From IMG/VR virus record IMGVR_UViG_3300030012_004221, positions 1-64,000 of that record: DNA of 64,000 nt. The stretch is one strand, 5' to 3'. The DNA is from a virus. Numbering within the stretch: the stretch's first letter is position 1; the number at the start of each line of letters is the position of its first letter. Under the pieces are notes generated by a model that was not told the origin of the DNA, did no database searches, and saw nothing but the letters and a program-made list of their open reading frames with translations. Below, piece by piece: positions 49,132 through 57,569 of the stretch. A program made the position numbers and the translations under genes.

Positions 49132-49407
49132 CTAAGCTTTTCTTAATAAACCTGGTGAAACATTAAATCTCCCAAAACCATCATTTTCAACAACTTTAAT
49201 ATTTTTACTATTAATTTTAGTAATTCTAAATATTTTACTAGGATCCATTTTTTTATGAACAATAGTAACTACATCACCTACTCTAAATGATGACTTAATT
49301 TCATTTCTTAATTCTGATTTACGAATATTGATTTGATCAACTATTGAATTTAAATTTTCGTTTTCTGAATTTTTAATGAATTCTAACACTTCGTTTAAAT
49401 TTACCAT
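49132..49407 (-). CDS. Small SH3/KOW-like protein
   Basis: FRVGDVV...ITKINSKNIKV...VSPGLL. Confidence 0.7.
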   Translation of the reverse strand: MVNLNEVLEFIKNSENENLNSIVDQINIRKSELRNEIKSSFRVGDVVTIVHKKMDPSKIFRITKINSKNIKVVENDGFGRFNVSPGLLRKA

Positions 49408-49438
49408 AACCTTTATTGTTTTTATTATTTACGGGGTA

Positions 49439-49468
49439 AATATACGAAAGGGATCTGGCTAAGCCAAA
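49439..49468 (-). promoter_or_regulatory. Early promoter embedded in a hairpin
   Basis: Consensus; inverted repeat 49449-49473. Confidence 0.85.
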
Positions 49469-49496
49469 TCCCTCTGCGGAAGTCTTTAAATAATTT

Positions 49497-49652
49497 TTAG
49501 TGATCTAAAAATACAGCATACACAGGTACTTTTTTATTTTTAGGAAAGTGTACTGTAGTTATTAACTCTTTTTTCTTGATTACAGGCTGTTCAGTTTTAT
49601 CAACTGGCCAATATTTAGGATTTTTACTATTTAATTTTCTTTTCTTAGGCAT
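49497..49652 (-). CDS. 51-aa basic protein
   Basis: Not in track: MPKKRKLNSKNPKYWPVDK...YAVFLDH. Confidence 0.55.
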   Translation of the reverse strand: MPKKRKLNSKNPKYWPVDKTEQPVIKKKELITTVHFPKNKKVPVYAVFLDH

Positions 49653-50221
49653 TATTGATAATAGTCATCATCATCATATTCATCATATTCATCATAATCA
49701 TCCTCATAATCTTCTTCATCTTCAAATTCAGATTCGTAATTAAACATATCTTCATTTGACTCAGTATAATTACCATCTTTACCCTCAATGTAATCTAATA
49801 CTTTTTCTAATGCAAAATTAAGCAATCTTTCATACCCATCTTCTGGAGCATCTATTGCCTTGTTAAATGTGCTTGTTAATGTAGATTGTATTTCTAATGG
49901 AATTTCCCTTGAATTAGTTAAAAATGAATGAGCAGGACCTGCTGTTTCAGCTCCATATCCTTTATAAAAGAAATCACCATCATTATAATAACGATAAATA
50001 ATTCTATTAATTGCTCTTAACATTTCACCTTCAATAAAATCAGAATTACCTGATCCAGGTACTAATTTATCATATAATACTTCATTTCTTTTTTCTAACT
50101 TTCCACCTACAAATTCTTTCATTAAATTTGGACCTGCAGGTTTAGATCTAGGCTTACCATCTGGAGTATAACCACAAGTACCTTCGTTCAAAAATTTTCT
50201 AAATGTGTTTAATTCTTTCAT
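49652..50221 (-). CDS. Putative capsid-targeted protein with acidic tail
   Basis: Leader MKELNTFRKFLNE; LVPGSG...GEMLRAINRIIYRYYNDGD. Confidence 0.7.
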   Translation of the reverse strand: MKELNTFRKFLNEGTCGYTPDGKPRSKPAGPNLMKEFVGGKLEKRNEVLYDKLVPGSGNSDFIEGEMLRAINRIIYRYYNDGDFFYKGYGAETAGPAHSFLTNSREIPLEIQSTLTSTFNKAIDAPEDGYERLLNFALEKVLDYIEGKDGNYTESNEDMFNYESEFEDEEDYEDDYDEYDEYDDDDYYQ

Positions 50222-50640
50222 TTTAAATCGGATAATATATCTTCTACTACGTTTATAAAATCATTCATATCAATATTACCGTCTAATAATTGATCAACGT
50301 GAATCATCATTTCTTTCTTTAATGAATCTTTTTTAGATCTACCCATTTCCATTTCAAATTCCTCATCATCAATGTACATTTGTTCATCAACATCTTCTTT
50401 ATCTTCTTTATACATTGTATTTATGTAAAAGTCATCAGCTACTTTTTGTAATTGATCTCCTGAGTATTCCATAGTTTCACCTGTCTCTTTATTCTTAACA
50501 ACATAAGCTTTTAAATCAGATGCAAACATATCTCTAACTGACATTACTTTCATTTTTGTATCATCACCTTTAAGGACGACAGTATCACCCCTCATTATTT
50601 CTTCATTAAGGAATCTTCTAAAATTTTGTAATTCTTTCAT
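50218..50640 (-). CDS. Putative capsid-targeted protein
   Basis: Leader MKELQNFRRFLNE. Confidence 0.7.
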   Translation of the reverse strand: MKELQNFRRFLNEEIMRGDTVVLKGDDTKMKVMSVRDMFASDLKAYVVKNKETGETMEYSGDQLQKVADDFYINTMYKEDKEDVDEQMYIDDEEFEMEMGRSKKDSLKKEMMIHVDQLLDGNIDMNDFINVVEDILSDLK

Positions 50641-50644
50641 GATT

Positions 50645-51136
50645 TTATTTTACTATTTTATTATACATATCAATAAAATCAGTAAGAGGCACTCTATGCC
50701 CCATCGTTTTAACCGATTGAATATCTGACTTCACCCACTTATCTTTAACATGATCTTTAAGCCAATCTAACGTTTTATTAGGCTCTATAACCGTGTCTTT
50801 TTCACCAAGCACCACAGTAAATTCATCAGGAAAATGTTTTTTCACAAACTTAGGAAAAGCAGGTTCTATTGGTCTAGAGTGTAAAGCTGGGTTAAAAGCT
50901 AAAATAGGAATTTTATAAAGAGCACCTAAAATAAAAGCAGAATAACCACCCATACTTGAACCTATAATTAAATCTGGTTTAAACTCTTCAATAGTAGAAC
51001 ATAAAAATGAAAATATATCACTTCTAGTATAATCAATAGCTGGGGCATGAACAAATGCTTTAGTTGCTAAAAAATCTACTTTTTCACCGCCTTGAGGGCT
51101 TTCTAAACCATGTAGATATAATATCTTTTTTGTCAT
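50645..51136 (-). CDS. YqiA/YcfP-family alpha/beta hydrolase
   Basis: YLHGLES, GSSMGG, FNPA, D and GH catalytic residues; ATG 51136. Confidence 0.85.
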   Translation of the reverse strand: MTKKILYLHGLESPQGGEKVDFLATKAFVHAPAIDYTRSDIFSFLCSTIEEFKPDLIIGSSMGGYSAFILGALYKIPILAFNPALHSRPIEPAFPKFVKKHFPDEFTVVLGEKDTVIEPNKTLDWLKDHVKDKWVKSDIQSVKTMGHRVPLTDFIDMYNKIVK

Positions 51137-51155
51137 AATCAATTTTTACTCTGTA

Positions 51156-51185
51156 AATATACGAAAGATATCTTGCTTCTCCAAA
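51156..51185 (-). promoter_or_regulatory. Early promoter
   Basis: Full consensus. Confidence 0.85.
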
Positions 51186-51255
51186 TATTTTCACAAATGA
51201 AGCCCACAACACGTTTCCCAGGTTAAAACCGAGGTATGCCAAGCGAAAAGGTTTT

Positions 51256-51474
51256 TTACATAACTTCAACTACTTCCGCGTCTTGGATTGTTTCACAAAA
51301 CAAAAAATGTGTTTGTGTTCTTAACACATGATCACATCCTAACCAATCTCTAAAGGCTTGTACCATATCCATATTCAATCGATTTTCACCTTTAACACTA
51401 AAATTGTGTGTGGCTACTTCCCTTTTCACAACATAAGCATTGTCATTTAGGTACTTCAAATAATCTGTTATCAC
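51256..51474 (-). CDS. Hypothetical protein
   Basis: 72 aa, GTG start; CDHVLR. Confidence 0.65.
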   Translation of the reverse strand: MITDYLKYLNDNAYVVKREVATHNFSVKGENRLNMDMVQAFRDWLGCDHVLRTQTHFLFCETIQDAEVVEVM

Positions 51475-51497
51475 TGTATATACGTATTAATATCTGG

Positions 51498-51851
51498 TTA
51501 GTTGTCAAAAAGCTCTTTCGTTGACTCTTTATATAATGAGTCTACATATTCCCATCTTAATCGCTCATCTCTAATTGAATCTTGCTTTGTATAAGTAAGT
51601 AATTTACCATCTATAATTTCCCAATGTATTATATTTGGATCCTCATCTAATGAATATTTTTTTTCGGCTTCATATAGTGATTTATTTAACTCATCTACTT
51701 GATCTTGATATTTTGTTTCTGTTGGTGGTTTCATAGGTGCTTTTGCCTCTTTAGTTGAAAACACTAACATTATAGTAAAAAATATTATTAAAACTATCAT
51801 TATATAATAGTCAATAAAAAATTGTTTTATTTTTAATTTCGTTATTTCCAT
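51498..51851 (-). CDS. Single-TM protein
   Basis: Likely start MEITKL; TM segment. Confidence 0.6.
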   Translation of the reverse strand: MEITKLKIKQFFIDYYIMIVLIIFFTIMLVFSTKEAKAPMKPPTETKYQDQVDELNKSLYEAEKKYSLDEDPNIIHWEIIDGKLLTYTKQDSIRDERLRWEYVDSLYKESTKELFDN

Positions 51852-52198
51852 AATACTTGTATACATATTAATATTAATGCTATACCTAAACTAACTAATG
51901 TTTTTGGTGTTAGTGTTTCACCAAAATGATGATTTACTAATAACGCATAGATAATTATTCCAACACCAAACCCAATAAATCTAGCAGGCCATAATAACCC
52001 ATCAAATCCTTGAACAGAATATTTAGTTCCCCAAATATAAAAGTATGATATAATTAAACCAAAACAAGCTAATATAAATTCATTTTTTCTAAACCAATCT
52101 GTTGACTTAAAGAATTGTCCATTTAATTGGTAAAATGTAACTATATGAGCCATAAAGAACCAAAATACACCTACTAATATTTCTTTATATGCTATCAT
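51842..52198 (-). CDS. 4-TM DMT-like membrane protein
   Basis: Four hydrophobic helices; FGETLTPK. Confidence 0.7.
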   Translation of the reverse strand: MIAYKEILVGVFWFFMAHIVTFYQLNGQFFKSTDWFRKNEFILACFGLIISYFYIWGTKYSVQGFDGLLWPARFIGFGVGIIIYALLVNHHFGETLTPKTLVSLGIALILICIQVLWK

Positions 52199-52578
52199 TT
52201 TATTGTTTTATATATTTCTTGTTCTAATTCTTCTTCAGTCATTTCCCAAACATCATCATTATCTTCTACCACTTCTTTAGATAATTCTTTTGCTAAATCA
52301 TCTTTCCAAGCAATTTCAGGTAATAAACCAGCATTTTCAATTAATGACCAAATTCTTTCTTTCCATAAATCCATTTTAACACCCTCAATAACACAATCCC
52401 AACCAAATTCATGTGTAAATTCTCCAATTATATCTACAAATTCACGTGTTAATTTATCTAATTCACCCCCAATAGCAAAGTTAGTACCGTACTTATCAGA
52501 ACCATTAGTTCCTTCTTCATACATTAATTTAACTTCTAACCATTTAGGTGTTAAAAACGATTTTTTTATTTTTACCAT
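52195..52578 (-). CDS. Hypothetical acidic protein
   Basis: 127 aa. Confidence 0.65.
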   Translation of the reverse strand: MVKIKKSFLTPKWLEVKLMYEEGTNGSDKYGTNFAIGGELDKLTREFVDIIGEFTHEFGWDCVIEGVKMDLWKERIWSLIENAGLLPEIAWKDDLAKELSKEVVEDNDDVWEMTEEELEQEIYKTIK

Positions 52579-52583
52579 AACTT

Positions 52584-52838
52584 TTATTTAATTTTAATTT
52601 TAGATTTTGTTTTTTTAATTTTTGTTCTATGCATTGGAACCCTTCCTTGATTACCAATACCATCCATATCAACCCCATTTGAACTATTAAGTACTTTATC
52701 ATAGTAATTACGTAGTTCTGGGTCTTGAAGCATTTCATCTCTTTGAGAATTATGCCCCCAAATAATTGCTGTTAATAATCCTACCATATAACCCGCAAAG
52801 ATTATAAAACCAATAATAAACATCCAAGCGTTCATCAT
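52584..52838 (-). CDS. Small membrane protein
   Basis: N-terminal TM; DMDGIGNQGR. Confidence 0.6.
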   Translation of the reverse strand: MMNAWMFIIGFIIFAGYMVGLLTAIIWGHNSQRDEMLQDPELRNYYDKVLNSSNGVDMDGIGNQGRVPMHRTKIKKTKSKIKIK

Positions 52839-53041
52839 TTTATTTTTCTTTTAGGGTTAATACTACCTCTTCTTTGTCTAATAGCTATTGAAAATGCTAA
52901 TATTGATGGAACCCATATTCCAACAAATATTCCTTCTAATTTATTACCTGTAAACCATAACGTTACAGAGTATAAAAATGATATAAAAGCCAATATTATT
53001 GGATAATATATCTCCCAGTATAATTTAATTTTATTCTTCAT
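52835..53041 (-). CDS. 2-TM membrane protein
   Basis: GIFVGIWVPSIL. Confidence 0.65.
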   Translation of the reverse strand: MKNKIKLYWEIYYPIILAFISFLYSVTLWFTGNKLEGIFVGIWVPSILAFSIAIRQRRGSINPKRKIK

Positions 53042-53213
53042 CTGATTTTATTATTACATTAACATTATTACCTTCAAATGATAAACCTACCACTTGGGTT
53101 TTTTCTTTTTCTTCAACACTTTTTATAAATTTAACTAAATCAAAAGCCCTGAAATAATAACCGCCTTTAGCAGTACCTTGAAAGTCATCTGACCAAAATA
53201 TTTTATCGCTCAT
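53031..53213 (-). CDS. Hypothetical protein
   Basis: Likely start MSDKIFW. Confidence 0.6.
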   Translation of the reverse strand: MSDKIFWSDDFQGTAKGGYYFRAFDLVKFIKSVEEKEKTQVVGLSFEGNNVNVIIKSDEE

Positions 53214-53436
53214 CTTGTACAGTTTTAAATTCTTGGTTAGTATCAATTTCATCTAAATGACACATTGCTTCATTTAAATAATCTCTCATTTCATACACCA
53301 TATAATCTAATTCAGATGAACGTACACAATTTTTTATTTCATATATAAAATGATGACATTTATCTATTGCATCAACTGCTAGTTGTAATTTAGGTTCGCA
53401 GTCCCAACCATCTTCGTATGTTTTTATTTCTGCCAT
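53203..53436 (-). CDS. Hypothetical protein
   Basis: 77 aa. Confidence 0.6.
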   Translation of the reverse strand: MAEIKTYEDGWDCEPKLQLAVDAIDKCHHFIYEIKNCVRSSELDYMVYEMRDYLNEAMCHLDEIDTNQEFKTVQDER

Positions 53437-53439
53437 AAC

Positions 53440-53622
53440 TTATTTTTTAATACACATTAAACATAAACTACCCATAAATAAATTTAAAATGAAAAATGCC
53501 ATTTCATTTAATTCACCTGAAAATGGGATTATTTTTTGCATTATACCAGCTGCTGTTAAATAGGCAACATAGAATGATGCTAACATACCTAAAAGTGCTT
53601 TGAAATTAATCTTATGATACAT
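53440..53622 (-). CDS. 2-TM early membrane protein
   Basis: Hydrophobic; TAAAGGTTATG leader after promoter. Confidence 0.65.
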   Translation of the reverse strand: MYHKINFKALLGMLASFYVAYLTAAGIMQKIIPFSGELNEMAFFILNLFMGSLCLMCIKK

Positions 53623-53653
53623 AACCTTTATTGTTTTTAATTAATATGGGGTA

Positions 53654-53683
53654 AATATACGAACCCTATTTTGGGAAGCCAAA
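53654..53683 (-). promoter_or_regulatory. Early promoter
   Basis: Full consensus. Confidence 0.85.
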
Positions 53684-53686
53684 TGT

Positions 53687-54064
53687 TTACACAAATTTCT
53701 TCCAGTTTTCTTCTTCTTTTTTTGCTGAGACCTCATATGGATGGGTAAAATAATCATGACCCATCTTATAATATCTTTTCATCCATGATTCTGATTGTAA
53801 AAAATGAACATACTCATGAATAATTCCTCTAATTATATCTTCGACTTTATTAATATAATCAGAGTATAAAAACATTTTATTTGATTTTCTATCATATTCT
53901 GCTTCAGCTGGGTCATCACCTTCCATTTCTGGTTCTCCACTTAATCTAGCAAATATGTTTCTATGAATTTCTATAGGAGGGAATCCTCTTTTTCCTGATC
54001 CATAATAATCCCTAATTTTAGGGTATGCTTCGTTTGCTATTTGTAATATTTCTTTATTATTCAT
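53687..54064 (-). CDS. HExxH metallopeptidase-like protein
   Basis: IIHEYVHFLQ...HPYEVSA; likely start ATG 54064. Confidence 0.75.
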   Translation of the reverse strand: MNNKEILQIANEAYPKIRDYYGSGKRGFPPIEIHRNIFARLSGEPEMEGDDPAEAEYDRKSNKMFLYSDYINKVEDIIRGIIHEYVHFLQSESWMKRYYKMGHDYFTHPYEVSAKKEEENWKKFV

Positions 54065-54071
54065 ATAGATA

Positions 54072-54101
54072 AATATATGAAAAAAAAACCGGGTATCCAA
54101 A
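54072..54101 (-). promoter_or_regulatory. Promoter TTTGG-N15-TTCATATATT overlapping a terminator
   Basis: Exact spacing. Confidence 0.7.
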
Positions 54102-54113
54102 TGGATACACCGG
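54080..54113 (-). terminator. Intrinsic terminator of the beta-barrel operon
   Basis: CCGGUGUAUCCA-UU-UGGAUACCCGG followed by U9. Confidence 0.85.
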
Positions 54114-54137
54114 CTTCTTTATTAGTTTTTAATTAAC

Positions 54138-54365
54138 TTATTTCTTATCGATAAAAAATTTAGCTAAAATAACTAGTGCTACTAATCCAACAAATCCACC
54201 TTCACCGAATACGGTTAGTAAACCTGTTAAATTTGCAACTATATCCATTCCAAATATAGTTGTTCCGGTTAACACATACCATAGGATTGCTACTGGTACA
54301 ACTGCCATCATAATTGATAACAATCCACCAAAAAATCCAGTTACATACTTAATTACATTTTCCAT
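54138..54365 (-). CDS. Small hydrophobic 2-TM protein
   Basis: Almost entirely hydrophobic; GFVGLVAL. Confidence 0.75.
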   Translation of the reverse strand: MENVIKYVTGFFGGLLSIMMAVVPVAILWYVLTGTTIFGMDIVANLTGLLTVFGEGGFVGLVALVILAKFFIDKK

Positions 54366-54392
54366 TTTTATTTTTATTTAAGTTAATAATAA

Positions 54393-54806
54393 TTAAAACT
54401 TCAGCCCAACTCCTAACTGTAAGTTAGTTGTCTTAGCTGCTGAATCGTATACAACTTTAGGATCAACGAATACGCTTTTATGAATCGTAAACATTTTACC
54501 TAATCCTATTTGTAATGCATCTGTGTCAAGTCCTGGAGCTCCTGCATAGATAAAATATTCTTTCCAGAAATATCTAGCATGTAAATCTAACTCCATGTCC
54601 GCAGTTGAATCAGTTTGTGATACATTCAAACCTACCATTAGGTTATCAGTTACACCATATCCAACTGTTGGCGCTATAGACCATTCAGTCCATGATACAT
54701 TAGCAATGTCACCAGTACCTACATACCAGTCACCTTTCGCGTTTTGAGCATTTACTCCTACTACAAAAAGCAGTGATAGAGCAAACGTTAAAATCATTTT
54801 TTTCAT
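54393..54806 (-). CDS. Small outer-membrane beta-barrel protein
   Basis: Signal peptide ...VNA-Q (Bacteroidota Q-rule), amphipathic strands, C-terminal GVGLKF beta-signal. Confidence 0.85.
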   Translation of the reverse strand: MKKMILTFALSLLFVVGVNAQNAKGDWYVGTGDIANVSWTEWSIAPTVGYGVTDNLMVGLNVSQTDSTADMELDLHARYFWKEYFIYAGAPGLDTDALQIGLGKMFTIHKSVFVDPKVVYDSAAKTTNLQLGVGLKF

Positions 54807-54967
54807 TTTTTTGATTTTGGTTAATAATTATTTTAATTTGAAAACGTAGTGGTCTACTACTTAAGATAACTTATCGTAGCCGACTTGTACATTTTTCAAA
54901 TGTCGAACGGGAACGATAATAAATTTGACCGTGTTATCCAACCTAAAATGTTGGTTTTTTAATGGAT

Positions 54968-55648
54968 TTAGCTATCCATTTTATCTGATACGTAATTATC
55001 GAAATCTTCAACATAGTCGTCCATTTCATAATCTACGTAATCTGCTTTAGCGCCTAGTCTAAAGCTATTTTTTAGTGAGTCTATATAAGCGTCTAATGCA
55101 AAATCTTTATCATCAAGACTTTTTTCTTTTTTAATATATGCTTTAATGACATCAAAATTTACATTTTTTGCTTCTGATAAAAATTGAGCCCATTTAGCTT
55201 CATAACCTTCTTCCATAATATTTTCTTCTATTTCATCTACCATATACATTCCTGATTCACCTAACTCATCCTCAATTTGTTTAGCTATATTGGCAATACC
55301 ATTATTTTTTAAAGTAAACCATTTTCCTAATTCTTTTATCCAAACATATCCATAATCACCTCCAAATGAATCTACCATATCACCTATCATTAATCCTGCT
55401 TCAAATGGTGAATCAGCATCTAATACTTTGTAGGTTGGATCTTCATCATATTTTGAATCAATATCTCCTGTTTCCATATCAATTGACGATATATATCCAG
55501 TGCTAGCTAATCTTTCAGCTGCATCTTCATCATTAAAATGTTTTACTAAAACTTTACCTAAATGTTCAGGATAACCATCATAGTGGTTATAGGTTCCGAC
55601 AAGTTGTTTGTCATCATCTAAAAATCCTATTAATGCTCTTGTTGCCAT
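54968..55648 (-). CDS. Conserved phage protein (MATR...YxHxDGYP family)
   Basis: MATRALIG...YNHYDGYPEHLG; C-terminal extension after KWAQFLSE. Confidence 0.75.
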   Translation of the reverse strand: MATRALIGFLDDDKQLVGTYNHYDGYPEHLGKVLVKHFNDEDAAERLASTGYISSIDMETGDIDSKYDEDPTYKVLDADSPFEAGLMIGDMVDSFGGDYGYVWIKELGKWFTLKNNGIANIAKQIEDELGESGMYMVDEIEENIMEEGYEAKWAQFLSEAKNVNFDVIKAYIKKEKSLDDKDFALDAYIDSLKNSFRLGAKADYVDYEMDDYVEDFDNYVSDKMDS

Positions 55649-55676
55649 ATTACTTTTTTATGTTTGGTGATAAATA

Positions 55677-55913
55677 TTATAACTTATATAGAGATCGATA
55701 CTTTTCTATAAAACTCTCTCCTACCGCAAGTTTTAATATTACTGCGCAATCTGGAACTCCTGGTAGTTTAGGAGCTGTGTTAATGTAGTCAACATTTGTA
55801 TTTCTCCATACTTTCATTTTAGTTTTAGCATTACTTCTATTTGAAGTTTTAAATACCATTACAACAGGATTATTACAATACCTTTGATTTTTTTTAATTA
55901 TAGCTTCATCCAT
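55677..55913 (-). CDS. Hypothetical protein
   Basis: 78 aa. Confidence 0.6.
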   Translation of the reverse strand: MDEAIIKKNQRYCNNPVVMVFKTSNRSNAKTKMKVWRNTNVDYINTAPKLPGVPDCAVILKLAVGESFIEKYRSLYKL

Positions 55914-56050
55914 ATTAAAATAAAAATTTAAATATTATGTAATAAGTAAGTATTAATGCAAATCCTAAAAGAGAAATAAAAGTACCTATTACACTACTTT
56001 CATATTGTTTTCTACTTCTACCTTGCCATTCATTTGGATCCCAGTTATCT

Positions 56051-56233
56051 TTAATTGTTTTTTTCATTTTTTCTATTTAAATTAAAACCTATTATAGGTT
56101 TATACCCAGTTAATTTATCTTGTTGATTTTGTAATGTATTCTTTAAACTAATAATTTTAGATACATCTTTTTCATTTTCCATCCAATCAGAAAATAAATA
56201 AGTTAATAAGTGATTTTTAATGTTTTTTACCAT
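56051..56233 (-). CDS. Hypothetical protein
   Basis: 60 aa, ends ...PIIGF... Confidence 0.55.
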   Translation of the reverse strand: MVKNIKNHLLTYLFSDWMENEKDVSKIISLKNTLQNQQDKLTGYKPIIGFNLNRKNEKNN

Positions 56234-56660
56234 TTCTCATTTCTTTAATATGTTTACAATTCCCAAATGATCTCCAAGAACCAGGACAATCACAAAAATA
56301 TTTACCTGAGTCTGGGTAGTATTTTGTAGTGTAAACAGCATCACTACTACCACTATTAAATGTTTTTACAACTGTTTTTGATCTTTGTTTTTTGGGTTTA
56401 GGTTTGATCCAATTAATATCTTTTAATGTAGTATTTGGATCTACTTTTTGCCATGAAGGCACAATATATTTTTGGCCATTAAATGTAGCTAACGTTGGAG
56501 GTAATACCTCATGTTTATATTCATATCTAAACATTCGTACATTTATAAATGAACCAAATCCTTTAGGATTAAAACCAAATGGTTCACCATCAGGTTTATA
56601 GATAATTCTAGACCTGGGGTTACCATATTTATTTAAGTTTGTAAATTTCCAGAGTGCCAT
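56217..56660 (-). CDS. SWIM zinc-finger protein
   Basis: YFCDCPG...CKHI. Confidence 0.8.
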   Translation of the reverse strand: MALWKFTNLNKYGNPRSRIIYKPDGEPFGFNPKGFGSFINVRMFRYEYKHEVLPPTLATFNGQKYIVPSWQKVDPNTTLKDINWIKPKPKKQRSKTVVKTFNSGSSDAVYTTKYYPDSGKYFCDCPGSWRSFGNCKHIKEMRNGKKH

Positions 56661-56782
56661 TATAGGTAAAGCATTTGAAATTCTTCTTCTACTAATTTAG
56701 CAGCTTCTTCTTCACTATAACCTTGTTCTAAATATTTTTCAAACAAGTTTTCTAAAATTTGTTCATTAATTTGATTTGACAT
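56660..56782 (-). CDS. 40-aa acidic protein
   Basis: Not in track: MSNQINEQILENLFEKYLEQGYSEEEAAKLVEEEFQMLYL; TAAAGGTTATG leader. Confidence 0.6.
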   Translation of the reverse strand: MSNQINEQILENLFEKYLEQGYSEEEAAKLVEEEFQMLYL

Positions 56783-56799
56783 AACCTTTATTATTTTAA

Positions 56800-56964
56800 T
56801 TATTTATTATTTTTTTCCCACTCCTGTCTGAAAACTATAACTTGTTTTCCCATTGGACCTCCTTCATCATGAGTGATATTTAATACACTCATACCTTCAC
56901 CTATATTCATAGGCAAACCTTTACTTTTTTTATCTAATAGAAATTCAATTAACTTAGTTCTCAT
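56800..56964 (-). CDS. 54-aa early protein
   Basis: Not in track: MRTKLIEFLLDKKVKG...; first gene after promoter 56989. Confidence 0.55.
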   Translation of the reverse strand: MRTKLIEFLLDKKSKGLPMNIGEGMSVLNITHDEGGPMGKQVIVFRQEWEKNNK

Positions 56965-56988
56965 AACTTTATCTTTATTTACATGGTA

Positions 56989-57018
56989 AATATACGAAAG
57001 TTTTTTCGGGAAACCAAA
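56989..57018 (-). promoter_or_regulatory. Early promoter
   Basis: Full consensus. Confidence 0.85.
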
Positions 57019-57035
57019 TATTTTCGCGGGGGCTT

Positions 57036-57569
57036 TTAATGAAGTTTTAGTGGGTTATATCTTCTACCATCTTTTATGTGTTTTGGGTATGGTATTTCTT
57101 GCATGTTAACAGCAATATTATCTGGGATTGATTTATGTAAAATCGATTTTTCTTTTTCTCCTTGATATTCAATAACATCATTTACAATTTTAATTTCTTC
57201 ACCTGCCATTTCCGTTACTTGATGTAATCTTACAAAATCTTCACGTCTTGGGTAATAAAAAAAACATATATTATCATAATGTTTAATGTCAACATATATT
57301 TGATGTTTATTTAAAGCTAAATCTAACCCTGTTTTAAATATATTGTGTAAATTATTGTAATCGTAAATAGGACCTATTAACAAAATATCAACGTCTTTAG
57401 TGTTAGCGGGATCAATTACATACTTACCCCCTACAAATACATTATATTCTTCTAAATCTACTGCCTCTTTAAATGAACACCACCACTCATTTACTCTATC
57501 TATTGGTGGTGGGCTGATCCATGGTTTTTCAGTTTCTACTTCACCATATCTATAATAAAATTTTCCCAT
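57036..57569 (-). CDS. Pol-beta-type minimal nucleotidyltransferase-like protein
   Basis: FVGG...TKDVDI...YVDI. Confidence 0.55.
   Translation of the reverse strand: MGKFYYRYGEVETEKPWISPPPIDRVNEWWCSFKEAVDLEEYNVFVGGKYVIDPANTKDVDILLIGPIYDYNNLHNIFKTGLDLALNKHQIYVDIKHYDNICFFYYPRREDFVRLHQVTEMAGEEIKIVNDVIEYQGEKEKSILHKSIPDNIAVNMQEIPYPKHIKDGRRYNPLKLH

Noticed and set aside
25939-52738. Minus-strand alternative-frame ORFs 25939-26124, 39200-39385, 51084-51269, 52544-52738
   Set aside because: Nested in or overlapping better-supported genes or promoters
40836-57018. Dispersed ~30-bp repeats as a CRISPR array or IS ends
   Set aside because: Kilobases apart, each upstream of a gene, with promoter geometry; no regular spacers, cas operon or transposase
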